Below are positions 9,662 through 21,723 of a stretch of DNA of 64,000 nt, in pieces; the stretch's first letter is position 1; each line of letters begins with the position of its first letter. The DNA is taken from NCBI GenBank assembly GCA_009885105.1, contig VFLI01000012.1:1-64000 (forward strand). The letters run 5' to 3'. A program made the translations under genes and the position numbers. The stretch is from Spirochaetia bacterium. GTDB taxonomy: Bacteria > Spirochaetota > Leptospiria > Leptospirales > Leptonemataceae. The notes under the pieces were generated by a model. The model saw nothing but the letters and a program-made list of their open reading frames with translations. It was not told the DNA's origin and made no database searches.

Positions 9662-11109
9662 GCTTCGCGGCTCTCTACGTCTCTTCTCCGCTCCTCCGCA
9701 ATTTTTTTCACATGCTCCGCGAAAGACGGATGTTTTCTTAAAATCATGTTGAAATGACGTTTGGAGAGTATGTAAAGGTCGCTGTAATCCCGGGAGCGGA
9801 CCGTCGCCGTGCGTTCTGTCTGAAAAACAAGCGCCATCTCTCCGACAAAACTGCCCTCATTCAATTCGGCATACACTTCTTTTCCGTCGCCGGACACAAC
9901 TTCCAGGCATCCAGAACTTACAATGAACATGCAGTCTCCCATTTCACCCCGGCGGATGATGATAGCGCCGGGCGTGTACACGCACGGCCGCAGGGCCATT
10001 ACGATATCGCGGAGAAGATCTTCGCCGGCTTCACGAAAAAAAGGAACCGTTTGAATCAGATCTCGCCGCATGCTCAGGGCAATGTCGACTCGCAGGGACT
10101 CCGGAAGATCGCCCAGCACCGAATCTTCATCCTGGCCCATGCGGCTTTCCCAGAGGTGGTTGTAGTACGCAAAAACCTGCTGCCGGAGATTCGGTGTGAT
10201 CGACCTGTATTTCATGAATGCCGTCACCTCTTCCAGTTTGGCCAGATAGTTCGCCCGGACGACATCGCGATTCGCAAGATAGCTTGCCACATTACCGATG
10301 ACAAAACCGTACGCTCCGACTCCCACCATCATCAGAAGCATGGCATAAATTCTCTGAAACATACTTGAAGGAACTATGTCGCCGTATCCCACGCTGGCCA
10401 GCGTGGTCACCGTAAAGTACAGAGCTTCAATATATTTTTCAACGATACCGCCGGAATTCTTTGCGCCGCCGATCAGAATCCAGCCGCAGGCCAGAAAATG
10501 TGTGACGAGCGCCATAACCAGAAGGAAAAAGGACAGGCGAAAAAGACCCGGATTCATCGCATGCCGCCGGTAAAAATCCTTAAAGATCGTGTTCAGTCTG
10601 GCAAGTCTGATGAGTCGGTTCACCTGCAGAATTCGAAGACTCCGCAGCAGAGCCACGGCCTCCGCCATTTCTGTCTGATTCAGAAGAAACAGAGGAAGGG
10701 CCGCCAGAAGATCCGGAAAAAACCAGGTTGCCAGATAACGCTTTGCAATCGCACGATGGTCTGATATGATTTTGTTTTCCTGTTTTATACCTGTGAAAAA
10801 ATGAAGAAGCACATCAACGCCGAAAGCGGCGGATATTAAAATTTCATAGTACAGAAGCCCCGTCGAAAACGGCACGTGCAGAGCAATCTGCAGAGGAATG
10901 ACCACAGCGGAAATAACCGTGAGAATCAGAATGAAAATATCCCACAGTTCTTTTGTCCGGCTGTCGGGATGGAAAACAAAAAGTTTCATGAAGGAAATCC
11001 TGATTGGATGTTGTTCACTGTTTTTCCGATGGCCATATAAAAAGGTTTTACTTGAGATAATAACCACAATTTTCCGCCGATCGACGGTATGACAAAAATC
11101 ATAAGTCAA
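9652..11109 (-). CDS. cyclic-nucleotide-gated potassium channel
   Basis: Six TM helices plus a P-loop with the K+ selectivity filter TVTTLASVGYGD, and a C-terminal cNMP-binding domain (GEMALVF...RTATVRS). The true start is probably at the internal MKLFVF (~10989). Confidence 0.75.
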   Translation of the reverse strand: MTYDFCHTVDRRKIVVIISSKTFLYGHRKNSEQHPIRISFMKLFVFHPDSRTKELWDIFILILTVISAVVIPLQIALHVPFSTGLLYYEILISAAFGVDVLLHFFTGIKQENKIISDHRAIAKRYLATWFFPDLLAALPLFLLNQTEMAEAVALLRSLRILQVNRLIRLARLNTIFKDFYRRHAMNPGLFRLSFFLLVMALVTHFLACGWILIGGAKNSGGIVEKYIEALYFTVTTLASVGYGDIVPSSMFQRIYAMLLMMVGVGAYGFVIGNVASYLANRDVVRANYLAKLEEVTAFMKYRSITPNLRQQVFAYYNHLWESRMGQDEDSVLGDLPESLRVDIALSMRRDLIQTVPFFREAGEDLLRDIVMALRPCVYTPGAIIIRRGEMGDCMFIVSSGCLEVVSGDGKEVYAELNEGSFVGEMALVFQTERTATVRSRDYSDLYILSKRHFNMILRKHPSFAEHVKKIAEERRRDVESREAQS

Positions 11110-11260
11110 ACCTTCTGCAAATCGATATCTGTACTGTAATGGAGGAGCCTGCTATGATTGCCGGGGCTCGAATGGGTGTATTTGTGAAACAGCAAAGCAA
11201 TATCCGGCGGATCTTCAAATTGCGGGAACACTCGCTCGCTCCTGTGCGTGGAGCAGTGAT

Positions 11261-14164
11261 TTGAAGCCCTGGCATTCATTCTCTCGGGAGGAGGCGATGG
11301 ACCGGCTCGAATCCCGGGAAGGCGGACTGACGTCAGAGCAGGCGGCAGCACGACTGGAGAGATTCGGACCGAACGAACTGATCCAGTCGCCGCGCCCGTC
11401 TATCTTTCATCTGCTGCTGGAACAGTTCAACAACTTCATTGTGATACTCCTCATAGGCGCCTCTGTTGTTTCGGTTCTCCTGGGAGAATGGATTGCCTCG
11501 TCCGCCATCATGGCGATAGTCCTGCTGAATGCCGCGCTTGGGATCATCCAGGAAAAACGCGCTGAAGAAGCGCTGGCAGCTCTGAAAAAACTCTCCGCTC
11601 CCGAAGCGCAGACCCTCCGTGACGGACGGAGAATTGCGATACCGGCCGGCGGTCTGGTTCCCGGCGATATTGTCTATCTCGAAACCGGCAATCACATTCC
11701 TTCCGATGTTCGGCTTCTGGAAGCAGTCAATCTGAAAGTGGACGAAGCATCGTTGACCGGAGAATCGGTGCCTGTTTTAAAAAATGCGGAAATCAAATTC
11801 AGCAGCGATGCGCCGCCCGGCGACCGCCAGAATTCAGCTTTCATGGGCACGACAGTGACCTACGGACGAGGACGTGGAATGGTTACGGACACCGGCATGG
11901 ACACTCAGCTGGGCTTGATTGCGGGGATGCTTCAGAAAACCGGCAAAGAAGCCACTCCTCTTCAGAAAAAACTCTATCAGTTGGGCAAGGTTCTGGGCTG
12001 GGGGGCGATGGCCGTCTGCGGACTGGTTTTTATTATTGCGCTCGTGAAGAACACGGATTTAAATCTACTGATCTCCGAGAGCGGCGGCATCGCCGCTTAC
12101 TGGAATTCGGCAAAAAACGAGCTGGTTCACCTGTTTTTGACGGCTGTGAGCCTGGCCATCGCCGCTGTTCCGGAAGGTCTGCCGGCCGTGGTGACAATCA
12201 GTCTGGCGCTGGGCATGCGCGAAATGGTGCGAAAACACGCTCTTTTACGCCGGCTTTCCGCCGTTGAAACCCTGGGTTCAGCGACCATAATCTGTTCCGA
12301 CAAAACAGGAACGCTGACTCAGAACGCGATGAGCGTCACGCAGATATGGCTGGACGGAAAGTTCCTGTCTGTCAGGGGATCATCCGGCAATTCCCAGAGA
12401 GCTGATTTTCTGATCGACGACATGCCCTGCGAACTCAAAAATTATCCCGGTGTCCTGACGGCGCTGCGGGTGGGCGCCTTGAACAACGACGCTCTGCTTG
12501 AAGGGTCCGGGGACTCCGGCAATTTTCGCATTGTTGGCGATCCAACTGAGGGAGCGCTTCTCGTCGCGGCAGCTCGGTCGGACCCGCTCTTTGCGGAACT
12601 GGGCGCTCGATTTCCCCGTGAGTTTGAAATCCCGTTTGACTCGGCGCGAAAATGGATGCTTACAGTGCACCAAATCGGCGTCCCATCCGGCGCAGAATCG
12701 TGGGCCCTCCCCGATGACTGGAAACCCGGGAACAGAGTGATCACGATCAAAGGCGCCCCTGATGCTGTTCTGCATCACTGCGAATATTTCATGACAATCC
12801 AGGGAGACATTCGACCGCTGGACGATGACACCCGCAGCTGGATTCTTGATGCCAACGATACCATGACGAGAGACGCGCTGCGCGTTCTGGGACTGGCATG
12901 CCGTGTAACCGGCATATTGAGCGATAAAACTGGCATGACCGATGGATTAGAGAATGACCTGGTTTTTATTGGAATGGCGGGCATGATGGACCCGGCGCGG
13001 ACAGAAGTAAAGGACGCTCTCAGGAAAGCAAAAAGCGCCGGCATTCGCACGATGATGATCACCGGCGACTACCTGAACACCGCTCGCGCGATAGCGCAGC
13101 AGATCGGACTTTTGCGGCCGGGAGGCCGGGCTCTTTCCGGCGCGGATCTGGACCGCATGAGCGACAGCGATCTTGAATCTGAGATAAATCAAATCGATGT
13201 TTTCGCCCGGGTGTCACCGGAACACAAGCTGCGCATTGTCGACGCCCTTCACAACAACGGCGAAGTTGTGGCCATGACCGGCGACGGCGTCAATGATGCT
13301 CCTGCAATCAAAAGAGCCGATATCGGCGTGGCGATGGGCATAACCGGCACGGACGTGGCGAAAGAAACCGCAGATATGGTTCTTACGGATGACAATTATG
13401 CCAGCATCGTTTCTGCGGTCGAACAGGGCCGGATTATTTACGACAACATCCGTAAATTTGTTTTCTTTCTTCTCTCATCCAATGTCGCGGAAATCGTGAT
13501 TATTTTTCTGGCGACAATCGCCGGACTGCCCACTCCTCTTACTGCCATCCAGCTGCTCTGGCTGAATCTGATCACTGACGGAGCGCCGGCCCTGGCTCTG
13601 GCAGTCGAAAAAGGCGACCCGGATATTATGACGCGAAAACCCCGCCCCAGGGATGATTCAGTTATCGACAGAAGAATGCGCAATGGAATTCTAATTCAAA
13701 CCATAGCCATGACTCTCTGTGTTCTGACCGCATTCTGCCTGGGCCTGATCTGGGAACTGCAGGCAAGAACCCCGGTCATGCCGCAGAGCGGAAATCCCCT
13801 GTGGAATCTCTTAAATCTCGACTGGCGTCTGATTGAGAGCCGGCACCATATCCCCGCGCAAACGATGGCGTTTGTAACAATCTCTCTGGCAAAATTGTTC
13901 CGGGCCTACACTGTCCGTTCGGAAGAAATTTCGATATTTCATCTCGGATTTTTCTCAAACCGGCTCATGCAGTATGCGGTCGGACTTTCTGTTGCCCTTC
14001 TTCTGCTTGTCTGTATCGTGCCGTTTTTACAGAATATTTTCAGCACACATTTTATGAATCTGCGCGAATGGGGAGCTGTTCTGATACTGGCTCTGATTCC
14101 CGCCATCGCCGAGGAATTTACTAAATTTTATTTAAGATATAAGTCCAGACGCCAGGCTGCATGA
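11261..14164 (+). CDS. P-type ATPase, Ca2+/cation-transporting (P2 type)
   Basis: DKTGTLT phosphorylation motif, [10 protein letters not shown] hinge, and about 10 TM segments. Confidence 0.85.
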   Translation: MKPWHSFSREEAMDRLESREGGLTSEQAAARLERFGPNELIQSPRPSIFHLLLEQFNNFIVILLIGASVVSVLLGEWIASSAIMAIVLLNAALGIIQEKRAEEALAALKKLSAPEAQTLRDGRRIAIPAGGLVPGDIVYLETGNHIPSDVRLLEAVNLKVDEASLTGESVPVLKNAEIKFSSDAPPGDRQNSAFMGTTVTYGRGRGMVTDTGMDTQLGLIAGMLQKTGKEATPLQKKLYQLGKVLGWGAMAVCGLVFIIALVKNTDLNLLISESGGIAAYWNSAKNELVHLFLTAVSLAIAAVPEGLPAVVTISLALGMREMVRKHALLRRLSAVETLGSATIICSDKTGTLTQNAMSVTQIWLDGKFLSVRGSSGNSQRADFLIDDMPCELKNYPGVLTALRVGALNNDALLEGSGDSGNFRIVGDPTEGALLVAAARSDPLFAELGARFPREFEIPFDSARKWMLTVHQIGVPSGAESWALPDDWKPGNRVITIKGAPDAVLHHCEYFMTIQGDIRPLDDDTRSWILDANDTMTRDALRVLGLACRVTGILSDKTGMTDGLENDLVFIGMAGMMDPARTEVKDALRKAKSAGIRTMMITGDYLNTARAIAQQIGLLRPGGRALSGADLDRMSDSDLESEINQIDVFARVSPEHKLRIVDALHNNGEVVAMTGDGVNDAPAIKRADIGVAMGITGTDVAKETADMVLTDDNYASIVSAVEQGRIIYDNIRKFVFFLLSSNVAEIVIIFLATIAGLPTPLTAIQLLWLNLITDGAPALALAVEKGDPDIMTRKPRPRDDSVIDRRMRNGILIQTIAMTLCVLTAFCLGLIWELQARTPVMPQSGNPLWNLLNLDWRLIESRHHIPAQTMAFVTISLAKLFRAYTVRSEEISIFHLGFFSNRLMQYAVGLSVALLLLVCIVPFLQNIFSTHFMNLREWGAVLILALIPAIAEEFTKFYLRYKSRRQAA

Positions 14165-14269
14165 ATAGTTTTTTCTCGCCAGCAGCCAGTGGAAATATTA
14201 CATTACACTAGTACAGGAATGAATCGCCGGCTGTCAATTTTACCGCCGGCTCAAAAAGAGCGACGAGGT

Positions 14270-15307
14270 ATGGAAAAAGACAAAATAACGCCGGAAAATC
14301 TTTACTACAACCGCAGGCAATTTATTAAAAACGCCGCTCTCTTTGTCGGAACTGCGGCCGGTGTGGGCGGAACTCTGGTCGCGCTTTCCGGCAGGAAACG
14401 GGCAGATGAAAAAACAGACACGGAAAGCACAGCGGGCGCTCAGGGGCAGCCGGGCAGTCAATCCGCCCAGCCGGATATTGAATCTTCGCAGAAGTCCCCG
14501 ACAGACGAATCCGGCCCCGGCGGAAAAACCGGCGTCAGTTCTTTCAATACAGACGAGCCCAGGACATCCTACAGAGACGCTGCCGGCTACAACAATTTCT
14601 ATGAATTCGGAACGGACAAAACGGACCCGGCAGAAAATGCGCACACTCTCAGACCGCGTCCCTGGACGTTGACAATTGAAGGCGAAGTCGCAAAACCGGC
14701 GGTGATCGATGTCGACACACTGATAAAATTGTTTCCTCCTGAAGAACGCGTGTATCGCATGCGGTGCGTGGAGGCCTGGTCGATGGTCATACCATGGCTT
14801 GGATTTCCTCTGCGAAAACTTCTGGAACGCGCTGCGCCCACTTCCCGTGCGAAATACGTTGCCTTCACGTCTCTCCACGATCCGGAGCAGATGCCGGGCC
14901 AGAACAGCGGCGTTCTCGACTGGCCGTACGTGGAAGGACTGCGTCTGGACGAAGCGATGCATCCTCTCGCGTTTCTTGCAGTTGGTCTCTACGGAAAAAC
15001 TCTGCCCAACCAGAACGGAGCTCCGGTACGTCTTGTTGCTCCCTGGAAATACGGATTCAAAGGAATCAAATCAATTGTAAGAATTCAGCTTGTGCGCGAA
15101 CAGCCAGTCACTTCCTGGAACAGAGCCGCGCCGGACGAATACGGATTTTACGCCAACGTGAATCCCGAGGTCGATCATCCCCGCTGGAGCCAGTCGACGG
15201 AGAGACGCATCGGCGAATTTTCGCGCAGGCCGACTCTTCCCTTCAACGGGTACGGTGACCAGGTCGCCGGCCTGTACGCAGGCATGGATTTACGGAGATT
15301 TTTTTAA
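14270..15307 (+). CDS. msrP: protein-methionine-sulfoxide reductase catalytic subunit MsrP (YedY-like molybdoenzyme) with Tat signal
   Basis: Tat motif [12 protein letters not shown], a YedY-like core, and an RBS GAGG upstream of MEKDKI. Confidence 0.75.
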   Translation: MEKDKITPENLYYNRRQFIKNAALFVGTAAGVGGTLVALSGRKRADEKTDTESTAGAQGQPGSQSAQPDIESSQKSPTDESGPGGKTGVSSFNTDEPRTSYRDAAGYNNFYEFGTDKTDPAENAHTLRPRPWTLTIEGEVAKPAVIDVDTLIKLFPPEERVYRMRCVEAWSMVIPWLGFPLRKLLERAAPTSRAKYVAFTSLHDPEQMPGQNSGVLDWPYVEGLRLDEAMHPLAFLAVGLYGKTLPNQNGAPVRLVAPWKYGFKGIKSIVRIQLVREQPVTSWNRAAPDEYGFYANVNPEVDHPRWSQSTERRIGEFSRRPTLPFNGYGDQVAGLYAGMDLRRFF

Positions 15308-15309
15308 CC

Positions 15310-15930
15310 TTGGAGCGATTCGCCGCGAATTCACCGCTTCCCTGGCTGAAACCCGGAGTTTTCGCGGGATCGCTCATCCCTCTGGCCGTGACGGGCTGGC
15401 GGGGATTTCACGATCAGCTCGGAGCGGATGCTGTTGCCGCCGCCCTGAACCAGCTGGGGTATCTGGCTTTTCTATTTCTTACAGCAACCCTGCTGTGCAC
15501 TCCCGTTCGCATTGCATCGGGCTGGAGCTGGCCCGTCCGGCTGCGACGAATGCTGGGGCTGTTTGCTTTCTTTTACGCTTCGCTTCACTTTTTAATGTAT
15601 TTTACCGTCGATCAATCTCTGAATCTGCGGGATATTTACAATGACATTATGAAAAGGAAGTTCATACTCGCGGGATTTCTGACGCTTCTGATTCTGATCC
15701 CTCTGGCCGCCACCTCGACAAACCGGATGATTCGACGTCTGGGATTTCTACGCTGGAAACTGCTGCATCGCCTGAGCTATCTCGCCGGCATCCTTGCTTC
15801 CCTCCATTTTATTTGGCGCGTGAAAAAGGATTTAACGGAAGTGCTGATTTTTTGCGCCATTCTGACGTTCGGTTTTCTGATCAGAATATTCAAAACCTGG
15901 CATCAAAAATACTTGCCTTCCCGGCCGTGA
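15310..15930 (+). CDS. msrQ: MsrQ (YedZ) heme-binding membrane subunit
   Basis: Immediately downstream of msrP, with 5-6 TM helices and a conserved His-containing YedZ-like pattern. Confidence 0.7.
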   Translation: MERFAANSPLPWLKPGVFAGSLIPLAVTGWRGFHDQLGADAVAAALNQLGYLAFLFLTATLLCTPVRIASGWSWPVRLRRMLGLFAFFYASLHFLMYFTVDQSLNLRDIYNDIMKRKFILAGFLTLLILIPLAATSTNRMIRRLGFLRWKLLHRLSYLAGILASLHFIWRVKKDLTEVLIFCAILTFGFLIRIFKTWHQKYLPSRP

Positions 15931-15948
15931 AAAAACTCAGTTCCCTCC

Positions 15949-17322
15949 ATGCAAGAATCACGTGTACTGAAAGTATTGGGCCTCGGAGATCTGTCCGGAA
16001 AGGGTTGGCGCACCCACCTTTCGTTCTGGTCCATCGTAGGTTTGACCTTTTTTCTGTTCGGTGATCAGAACCTCGCATCGGCAAATTTGAACCGCATCGG
16101 GGAGGCTTTTGGCTTCACGGACACGGCGGAATACCGCCAGAAGATCGGCGGGCATGTTGCGTTCTACTTTTTCGTTCTGGGCGGCTTTATGTCGATTGTG
16201 GCGGGCGCTCTGACGGACACGCTGAATAGAAAAAAGCTTCTTTTCTGGACGGTGTTCATTGGCGAGCTGGCCTGTTTTGCCACAGCATTTGCGCCGACTT
16301 ACAACACGTATCTGATTCTGAGAACCCTGACCGGATTCGGACTGGGCGGTATTTTTCCTATTATCTTTTCGCTGCTGGGAGACTATTTCAAGGCGGAGAA
16401 CCGGTCGGCGGCATCCGGCTGGCTGGCTCTGGCCATGGGTCTGGGCATAGGGGTCGGCCAGGTGCTGGGCGGTATTCTGGCGGATAAAACAGTTTTTGGT
16501 CTGGCAGGATGGCGGGCCAGTTTTGCGCTGATGGCGGCTCCTTCATTTCCTCTGCTTTTTCTGTATCTGATTTTCGGAACCAATCCAAGACGAGGAGCGG
16601 CGGAGCTGGGCGGTCACGGTCCGGCCCAGGAAGTAAAACATCGAATCGGACTGGCCGATGTCAAACGGCTGTTTTCCAACCGCACCAATGTTCTCGCCAT
16701 GCTCCAGGGCATACCCGGCTGCGTGCCCTGGGGACTGATCTTCACTTTTCTTGTAGATTTTTATGAAAAATCAAAAGGATTTAAACCGGCGGACGGAGCC
16801 TTGCTGATAACAGTATTCGGCGGCGTGTTGATTCTCGGCGGCTTCATGGGCGGCTTCATGGGTAGGCTCGTCTACCGGCGCCGGCGCTCCTGGCTGCCGA
16901 TCTACTGCGGCATCTGCGTGCTTCTGGGCGTGCTGCCGATGCTCTACATCGTCAATTATTCCGGAACGAGTCTTCTGCCTCCGATGATCGCCGCGGCCTT
17001 TGGCGGGCTTGTGATACCGCAGGCCGGTCCCAACATCCGCGCCATACTGCAGAACTCAAATCTGCCGGAGAACCGCGGATCGATTTTCGGCATTTTCAAT
17101 TTCACGGATGATCTGGGCAAAGGATTCGGACCGTTTCTTGTCGGCGAGTTCCTGGTAATCTTCCACAGCGATCTTCTGGCCTACAATATCGCCGTGCTCT
17201 GCTGGCTTCCCTGCGCACTGGGATTTTTTCTTATGGCCTACACGTTCCGCACTGACGAGACACACGTCGAGGCTGAAATGGACAGGCGCGTCTCGGAATA
17301 CGGAAAGCGAGCCGCGGCCTGA
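15949..17322 (+). CDS. MFS transporter
   Basis: 12-TM organisation and MFS-like glycine-rich loops. Confidence 0.7.
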   Translation: MQESRVLKVLGLGDLSGKGWRTHLSFWSIVGLTFFLFGDQNLASANLNRIGEAFGFTDTAEYRQKIGGHVAFYFFVLGGFMSIVAGALTDTLNRKKLLFWTVFIGELACFATAFAPTYNTYLILRTLTGFGLGGIFPIIFSLLGDYFKAENRSAASGWLALAMGLGIGVGQVLGGILADKTVFGLAGWRASFALMAAPSFPLLFLYLIFGTNPRRGAAELGGHGPAQEVKHRIGLADVKRLFSNRTNVLAMLQGIPGCVPWGLIFTFLVDFYEKSKGFKPADGALLITVFGGVLILGGFMGGFMGRLVYRRRRSWLPIYCGICVLLGVLPMLYIVNYSGTSLLPPMIAAAFGGLVIPQAGPNIRAILQNSNLPENRGSIFGIFNFTDDLGKGFGPFLVGEFLVIFHSDLLAYNIAVLCWLPCALGFFLMAYTFRTDETHVEAEMDRRVSEYGKRAAA

Positions 17323-17359
17323 TACAATACAATTTCTGTTTGTGCAATTTCAGCAAAGG

Positions 17360-20155
17360 TCAAAGCACAGCGCGGCTCTGGAAAACAACCTGGTTGCGGC
17401 CGCTTTTTTTCGCCTGATACATGGCCGTATCAGCGCGCTCGATGATCTCATCCTGGTTGTCTTCATGACCCAGGAACATCACAATACCGATGCTTGAGGT
17501 GCAGCGGTGTTCAACAGACAGGTTCTGTCTGCCGTTTGGATGAATCGCCAAAACGTAGGGATCCGCCAGAGAGATTCGTATTCTTTCCGCAACTATGCCG
17601 GCCTGCGAAATAGCGCTTTCTTCCTCGACGCCCAGGTCGCTCAGTATTACGATGAACTCATCTCCGCCAAAACGCGCAACCGTGTCGATCTCCCGAACAC
17701 AACTCTTCAACCGGCTGGCTGCCTCAATCAGAAGAAGATCGCCGGCAGCGTGCCCGAAGGTGTCATTGAGCGGCTTAAAATTATCCAGATCGATGATCAT
17801 CAATGCCGCATACTCGCCGCTCCTTTTGCTGCCTGCCATTGTCTGAATGAGACGGTCGCTCAGCAGCCGCCGGTTCGGCAGGTGTGTCAGGACATCGTAG
17901 TTGGCAAGTTCGCGCGTGACAGTTTCCATCCTGTGCCGGTCAGTAATGTCGATGCAGGAGCCGATGAATCCCAGAAAATCTCCTTTTTCGTCATAGCGGG
18001 GCACACCGTGATCGACAACCCAGAAGAACTCTCCGTCGCAGCGGCGCAGTCTGTATTCCAGGCTGAACTCACGACAGGCAGCAAAAGCGGCTTCAAAAGT
18101 TTCCATACAAAAGGACAGATCATCCGGATGCACGCCCTGCATCCAGCCGCCGCAGAGTTCCTGCTCCAGAGTCCTGCCGGTGAACGTCAGCCAGACTCTG
18201 TTGAAAAAACTTCGCTGGCCGTCTTTTTCCGACATCCAGATGAGGACTGGCGCGCTGTCCGCCATTAAATGGAAGCGTTTTTCGCTTTCGCGAAGGGCAA
18301 TCTCCGCGTTCCGCTGCTGTGTGATATCGATGACAGCCCAGAGCGTTTCATTGTTTTTTTCACTGAGGCGCGCGGTGCTGAGATCTACCCAGACCGGCTC
18401 ACCGTCGTGCCGGCAAAATTCCAACTGCATACGGAATATCTTTCCGTTTTTGTGTTCATGATGCGCTCTTTTACCGACAGATTGATACGTCTCCTCGCTG
18501 CTGTAGAATTGCCTGGTCGGCGCGCCTACCAGCTCTCCTTTCTCATAGCCGAGCATTTTCTCAAATGCCGGATTCGCCCATACAATTTTTCTGTTTCGCG
18601 AGGTAACAATGCCGACAAGCTGATTCTCAAGCATTGCATTCTGTTCCGCGAGCATTTGCTCAATTTTCGACTGGTAGCGGCGCCGTTCCGTGACATCGCT
18701 GTGTGTGCCGACGATTCGTAGAGGCTTTCCGTCCGGCTGCCACTCAATGACCCTGCCCCTGTCCAGTATCCATCTGTAACTGCCGTCTTTGCAGAGCATG
18801 CGATGCTCATTCTTATACACTGGTGTCTTCCCCTGAAAATGGGCATCCAGATCGGCCAGGCATTTTTCTCTGTCATCCGGATGCACACGCTTGTCCCATT
18901 CATCCAGCGTTGAGCCAATTTCTTCTTCAGAATAGCCCAGCATCTCCTTCCATCTCCTGGAAAAAAACACTTCGTTGGTGAGCGCATTCCAGTCCCACAC
19001 TCCGTCTCCGGCTCCTTCAAGCGCGAACTGCCAGCGTGCTTCGCTCTCCCGGAGCAGCAGCTGCTGCTGGATCACATTCATGCGTTCTGTGTTCAGTCTG
19101 CGGTTCAGAATCCACAATCGAAACAGAAGAAACAGGATAGAGCTTCCTGCAATAACCGCTCCGATCAGCTGCCAGCGGTATCTGGCGCCCACATCTCCGA
19201 TTGTAAATTTGGGCGGTCCATCAAAAGGCGGCAGATGCAGAGCGCGAAGCAGCTCCGCAATCGAACTGTAATCTGCGGGAACAACAAAACCGTTGATACC
19301 CATGGCACGTGTGGCAGCCCTGTTATGATCCAGATTGAAAAGCGCCGCCGTTACATGCCGGGAAAGATATTCTTCAACATGGGGAAGCGCCGCAAAAGGC
19401 CATTCCGGATAGAGCTGCGTGGAAATCACGACCGGAAATTCTGTAAAATATTTTTGATTGATGATTCTCAGTCGCGATAAGTCCAGTTTTCTTTCGGCCG
19501 CCATGTCTTCCAGCACACCCGTGCGCACAAATCCGACGTCGGCACGGCCCTCCAGCACAGCATCGACCACTCTGTCATGAGGCATACCCGTTAGGATCAG
19601 ACCGGCATCCCGGTCAATCTGCAGACCTATCTCCTGCATTTCAAAGACCTGCATCTGATAGCCGCCCAGCGAGTCCTTGCTGGCGGCGGCAATCGTTGTT
19701 CCTGTCAGATCGCGCAGAGTCTGTATTTTTCTGTTCGCCGCCAGCGTGAAGATCACTCCGCCGTAACTGCTAACCGGTTTTCCGGCCTCCTCATCGCAGA
19801 GAGTGGCGAGAGGAAGCGCCAGCTGCGCATGTTCGTTCATTGTCACAAATTGACCGGGATTGGTAAAAATAAAATCGACGCTGCTGTCGGCAACAGCCTG
19901 ATCCAGTTCGGAAAAAGAATACGCCTCGATTTCAAACCGATGTCCGGGAATACCTCGTGTCAGTACACCAGCCAGATGCTGCCACTGTGTCATTGTCTGG
20001 ATCTTAGGGCGAAAGGCCAGCACGCCGATTTTAACCACCCTGTCGGCATGGACAGGCGAGAAAGAAAAAAGAGCCGCCAACCCTGCCAGCATTATCAGGA
20101 TGCGGATGACTTGGCCCGACCGGGCCTGTCTGATAAAAGGATTGCGGATTATCAT
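17360..20155 (-). CDS. sensor diguanylate cyclase: periplasmic PhnD/SsuA-like binding domain, TM, 3 PAS domains and GGDEF
   Basis: Signal peptide, a substrate-binding-protein-like N-terminus, repeated PAS blocks, and a C-terminal RFGGDEFIVIL motif. Confidence 0.8.
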   Translation of the reverse strand: MIIRNPFIRQARSGQVIRILIMLAGLAALFSFSPVHADRVVKIGVLAFRPKIQTMTQWQHLAGVLTRGIPGHRFEIEAYSFSELDQAVADSSVDFIFTNPGQFVTMNEHAQLALPLATLCDEEAGKPVSSYGGVIFTLAANRKIQTLRDLTGTTIAAASKDSLGGYQMQVFEMQEIGLQIDRDAGLILTGMPHDRVVDAVLEGRADVGFVRTGVLEDMAAERKLDLSRLRIINQKYFTEFPVVISTQLYPEWPFAALPHVEEYLSRHVTAALFNLDHNRAATRAMGINGFVVPADYSSIAELLRALHLPPFDGPPKFTIGDVGARYRWQLIGAVIAGSSILFLLFRLWILNRRLNTERMNVIQQQLLLRESEARWQFALEGAGDGVWDWNALTNEVFFSRRWKEMLGYSEEEIGSTLDEWDKRVHPDDREKCLADLDAHFQGKTPVYKNEHRMLCKDGSYRWILDRGRVIEWQPDGKPLRIVGTHSDVTERRRYQSKIEQMLAEQNAMLENQLVGIVTSRNRKIVWANPAFEKMLGYEKGELVGAPTRQFYSSEETYQSVGKRAHHEHKNGKIFRMQLEFCRHDGEPVWVDLSTARLSEKNNETLWAVIDITQQRNAEIALRESEKRFHLMADSAPVLIWMSEKDGQRSFFNRVWLTFTGRTLEQELCGGWMQGVHPDDLSFCMETFEAAFAACREFSLEYRLRRCDGEFFWVVDHGVPRYDEKGDFLGFIGSCIDITDRHRMETVTRELANYDVLTHLPNRRLLSDRLIQTMAGSKRSGEYAALMIIDLDNFKPLNDTFGHAAGDLLLIEAASRLKSCVREIDTVARFGGDEFIVILSDLGVEEESAISQAGIVAERIRISLADPYVLAIHPNGRQNLSVEHRCTSSIGIVMFLGHEDNQDEIIERADTAMYQAKKSGRNQVVFQSRAVL

Positions 20156-20334
20156 AGGTCCCTGTACACAATTAACAAGAAATTTTCACAAAGAGCAAAC
20201 AAACAGAGATTTCAATGGCAGACTTTCCGATCCTCCCGGTTTGAACACCTGACAGCAGAGAAAACGACTTGCACAACCAAACCTGGTATACAGAATCTGG
20301 AAGAGATCGAATCTTGATCGGGACAGTATAGATT

Positions 20335-21723
20335 ATGACACAGCAACTTCAGGGCATGCTTACCGTGGACCAACTGCGGGAGAAAATCTCGTCCGGAGAA
20401 ATTGACACTGTAATGGCAGTTTTTCCCGATCATTACGGCCGGTTGATGGGCAAACGTCTGAGCGCGCCTTTCTTCCTGGACAGCGTGATTCAGGACGGCA
20501 TGCATGCCTGCGATTATCTGCTCACAGTGGACATGGAGATGGATGTCGTGCAGGGTTACAATTTCTCGAACTGGGCAAAGGGCTACGGCGATTTCCACTG
20601 CGTGCCGGATTTCAACACTCTGCGGAGGATTGCCTGGCTTGACAAAACAGCATTGGTCGTCTGCGACCTGGAACAGGAAGAGGGACATAATCCCGTTTCC
20701 ATCGCTCCGCGCAGCATACTGAAGAAACAGATCGAGCGGCTGGCCGACGCCGGATACGTCGCGATGGGAGCGACCGAACTGGAATATTATATTTTCAAAG
20801 AAACTTACGATTCCGCTCAAAAGAAAAACTTCCACAATCTGGAAACTTTCGGCAGCTACATAGAAGACTATCATATGTTTCAGGGCACAAAAGAGGAAAT
20901 CCTGAATGCCGCCGTCCGGAGTCATATGGAAAACAGCGGAATACCGGTGGAAACAAGCAAGGGTGAATGGGGTCCGGGACAGCATGAACTGAATCTTCGC
21001 TACAGCGATGTCCTGACGATGTCGGACAGGCATGCAATTTATAAACAGGGAGTGAAGGAAATCGCGTACGCCGCAGGACTGGCCGTCACGTTCATGGCAA
21101 AATGGCGCAGCGATCTGGCCGGCTCCAGCATGCACCTCCACCTGAGCCTCTGGGACAGAGACGGAAAAATAAACGTGTTCGCCGGTAATCAGACGATTGA
21201 CAGAATTCAATGTTCCGACACCTTCCGCTGGTTCCTGGGAGGATGGATAAAACATGTCCGCTCGATCACGCCGTTCTACGCGCCGTATCCAAATTCGTAC
21301 AAACGATTCCTGTCTCAGTCATGGGCGCCGACGGCAGTCGCCTGGAGCTGCGACAACAGAACGGCCGGATTTCGAATCGTGGGCAGCGGAAAGTCTCTTC
21401 GCATAGAGGCGAGATTTCCCGGAGCGGATGCCAATCCCTATCTTGCTTTCGCCGCCACAATTGCAGCCGGACTGGACGGCATTGAAAACAGAATCGAACC
21501 GCCGCCCGTCTTTTCCGGCGACGTGTACAGCGCGGCGAATCTTACAAAGGTGCCCGCCAACCTCACCGTTGCAACAAACGAAATGGAAAAAAATGAAATG
21601 TTGAAGAAATCACTGGGACCGGAAGTCATTGAACACTACGCCCATTTTTTCCGCGTCGAGCAGCAGAAATTTGATACGGCCGTAACGGACTGGGAAAGAT
21701 CCCGATACTTCGAAAGAGCATGA
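20335..21723 (+). CDS. glutamine synthetase family protein (gamma-glutamyl-polyamine synthetase PuuA-like)
   Basis: GS catalytic-domain similarity, about 460 aa, directly followed by a C26 peptidase gene. Confidence 0.65.
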   Translation: MTQQLQGMLTVDQLREKISSGEIDTVMAVFPDHYGRLMGKRLSAPFFLDSVIQDGMHACDYLLTVDMEMDVVQGYNFSNWAKGYGDFHCVPDFNTLRRIAWLDKTALVVCDLEQEEGHNPVSIAPRSILKKQIERLADAGYVAMGATELEYYIFKETYDSAQKKNFHNLETFGSYIEDYHMFQGTKEEILNAAVRSHMENSGIPVETSKGEWGPGQHELNLRYSDVLTMSDRHAIYKQGVKEIAYAAGLAVTFMAKWRSDLAGSSMHLHLSLWDRDGKINVFAGNQTIDRIQCSDTFRWFLGGWIKHVRSITPFYAPYPNSYKRFLSQSWAPTAVAWSCDNRTAGFRIVGSGKSLRIEARFPGADANPYLAFAATIAAGLDGIENRIEPPPVFSGDVYSAANLTKVPANLTVATNEMEKNEMLKKSLGPEVIEHYAHFFRVEQQKFDTAVTDWERSRYFERA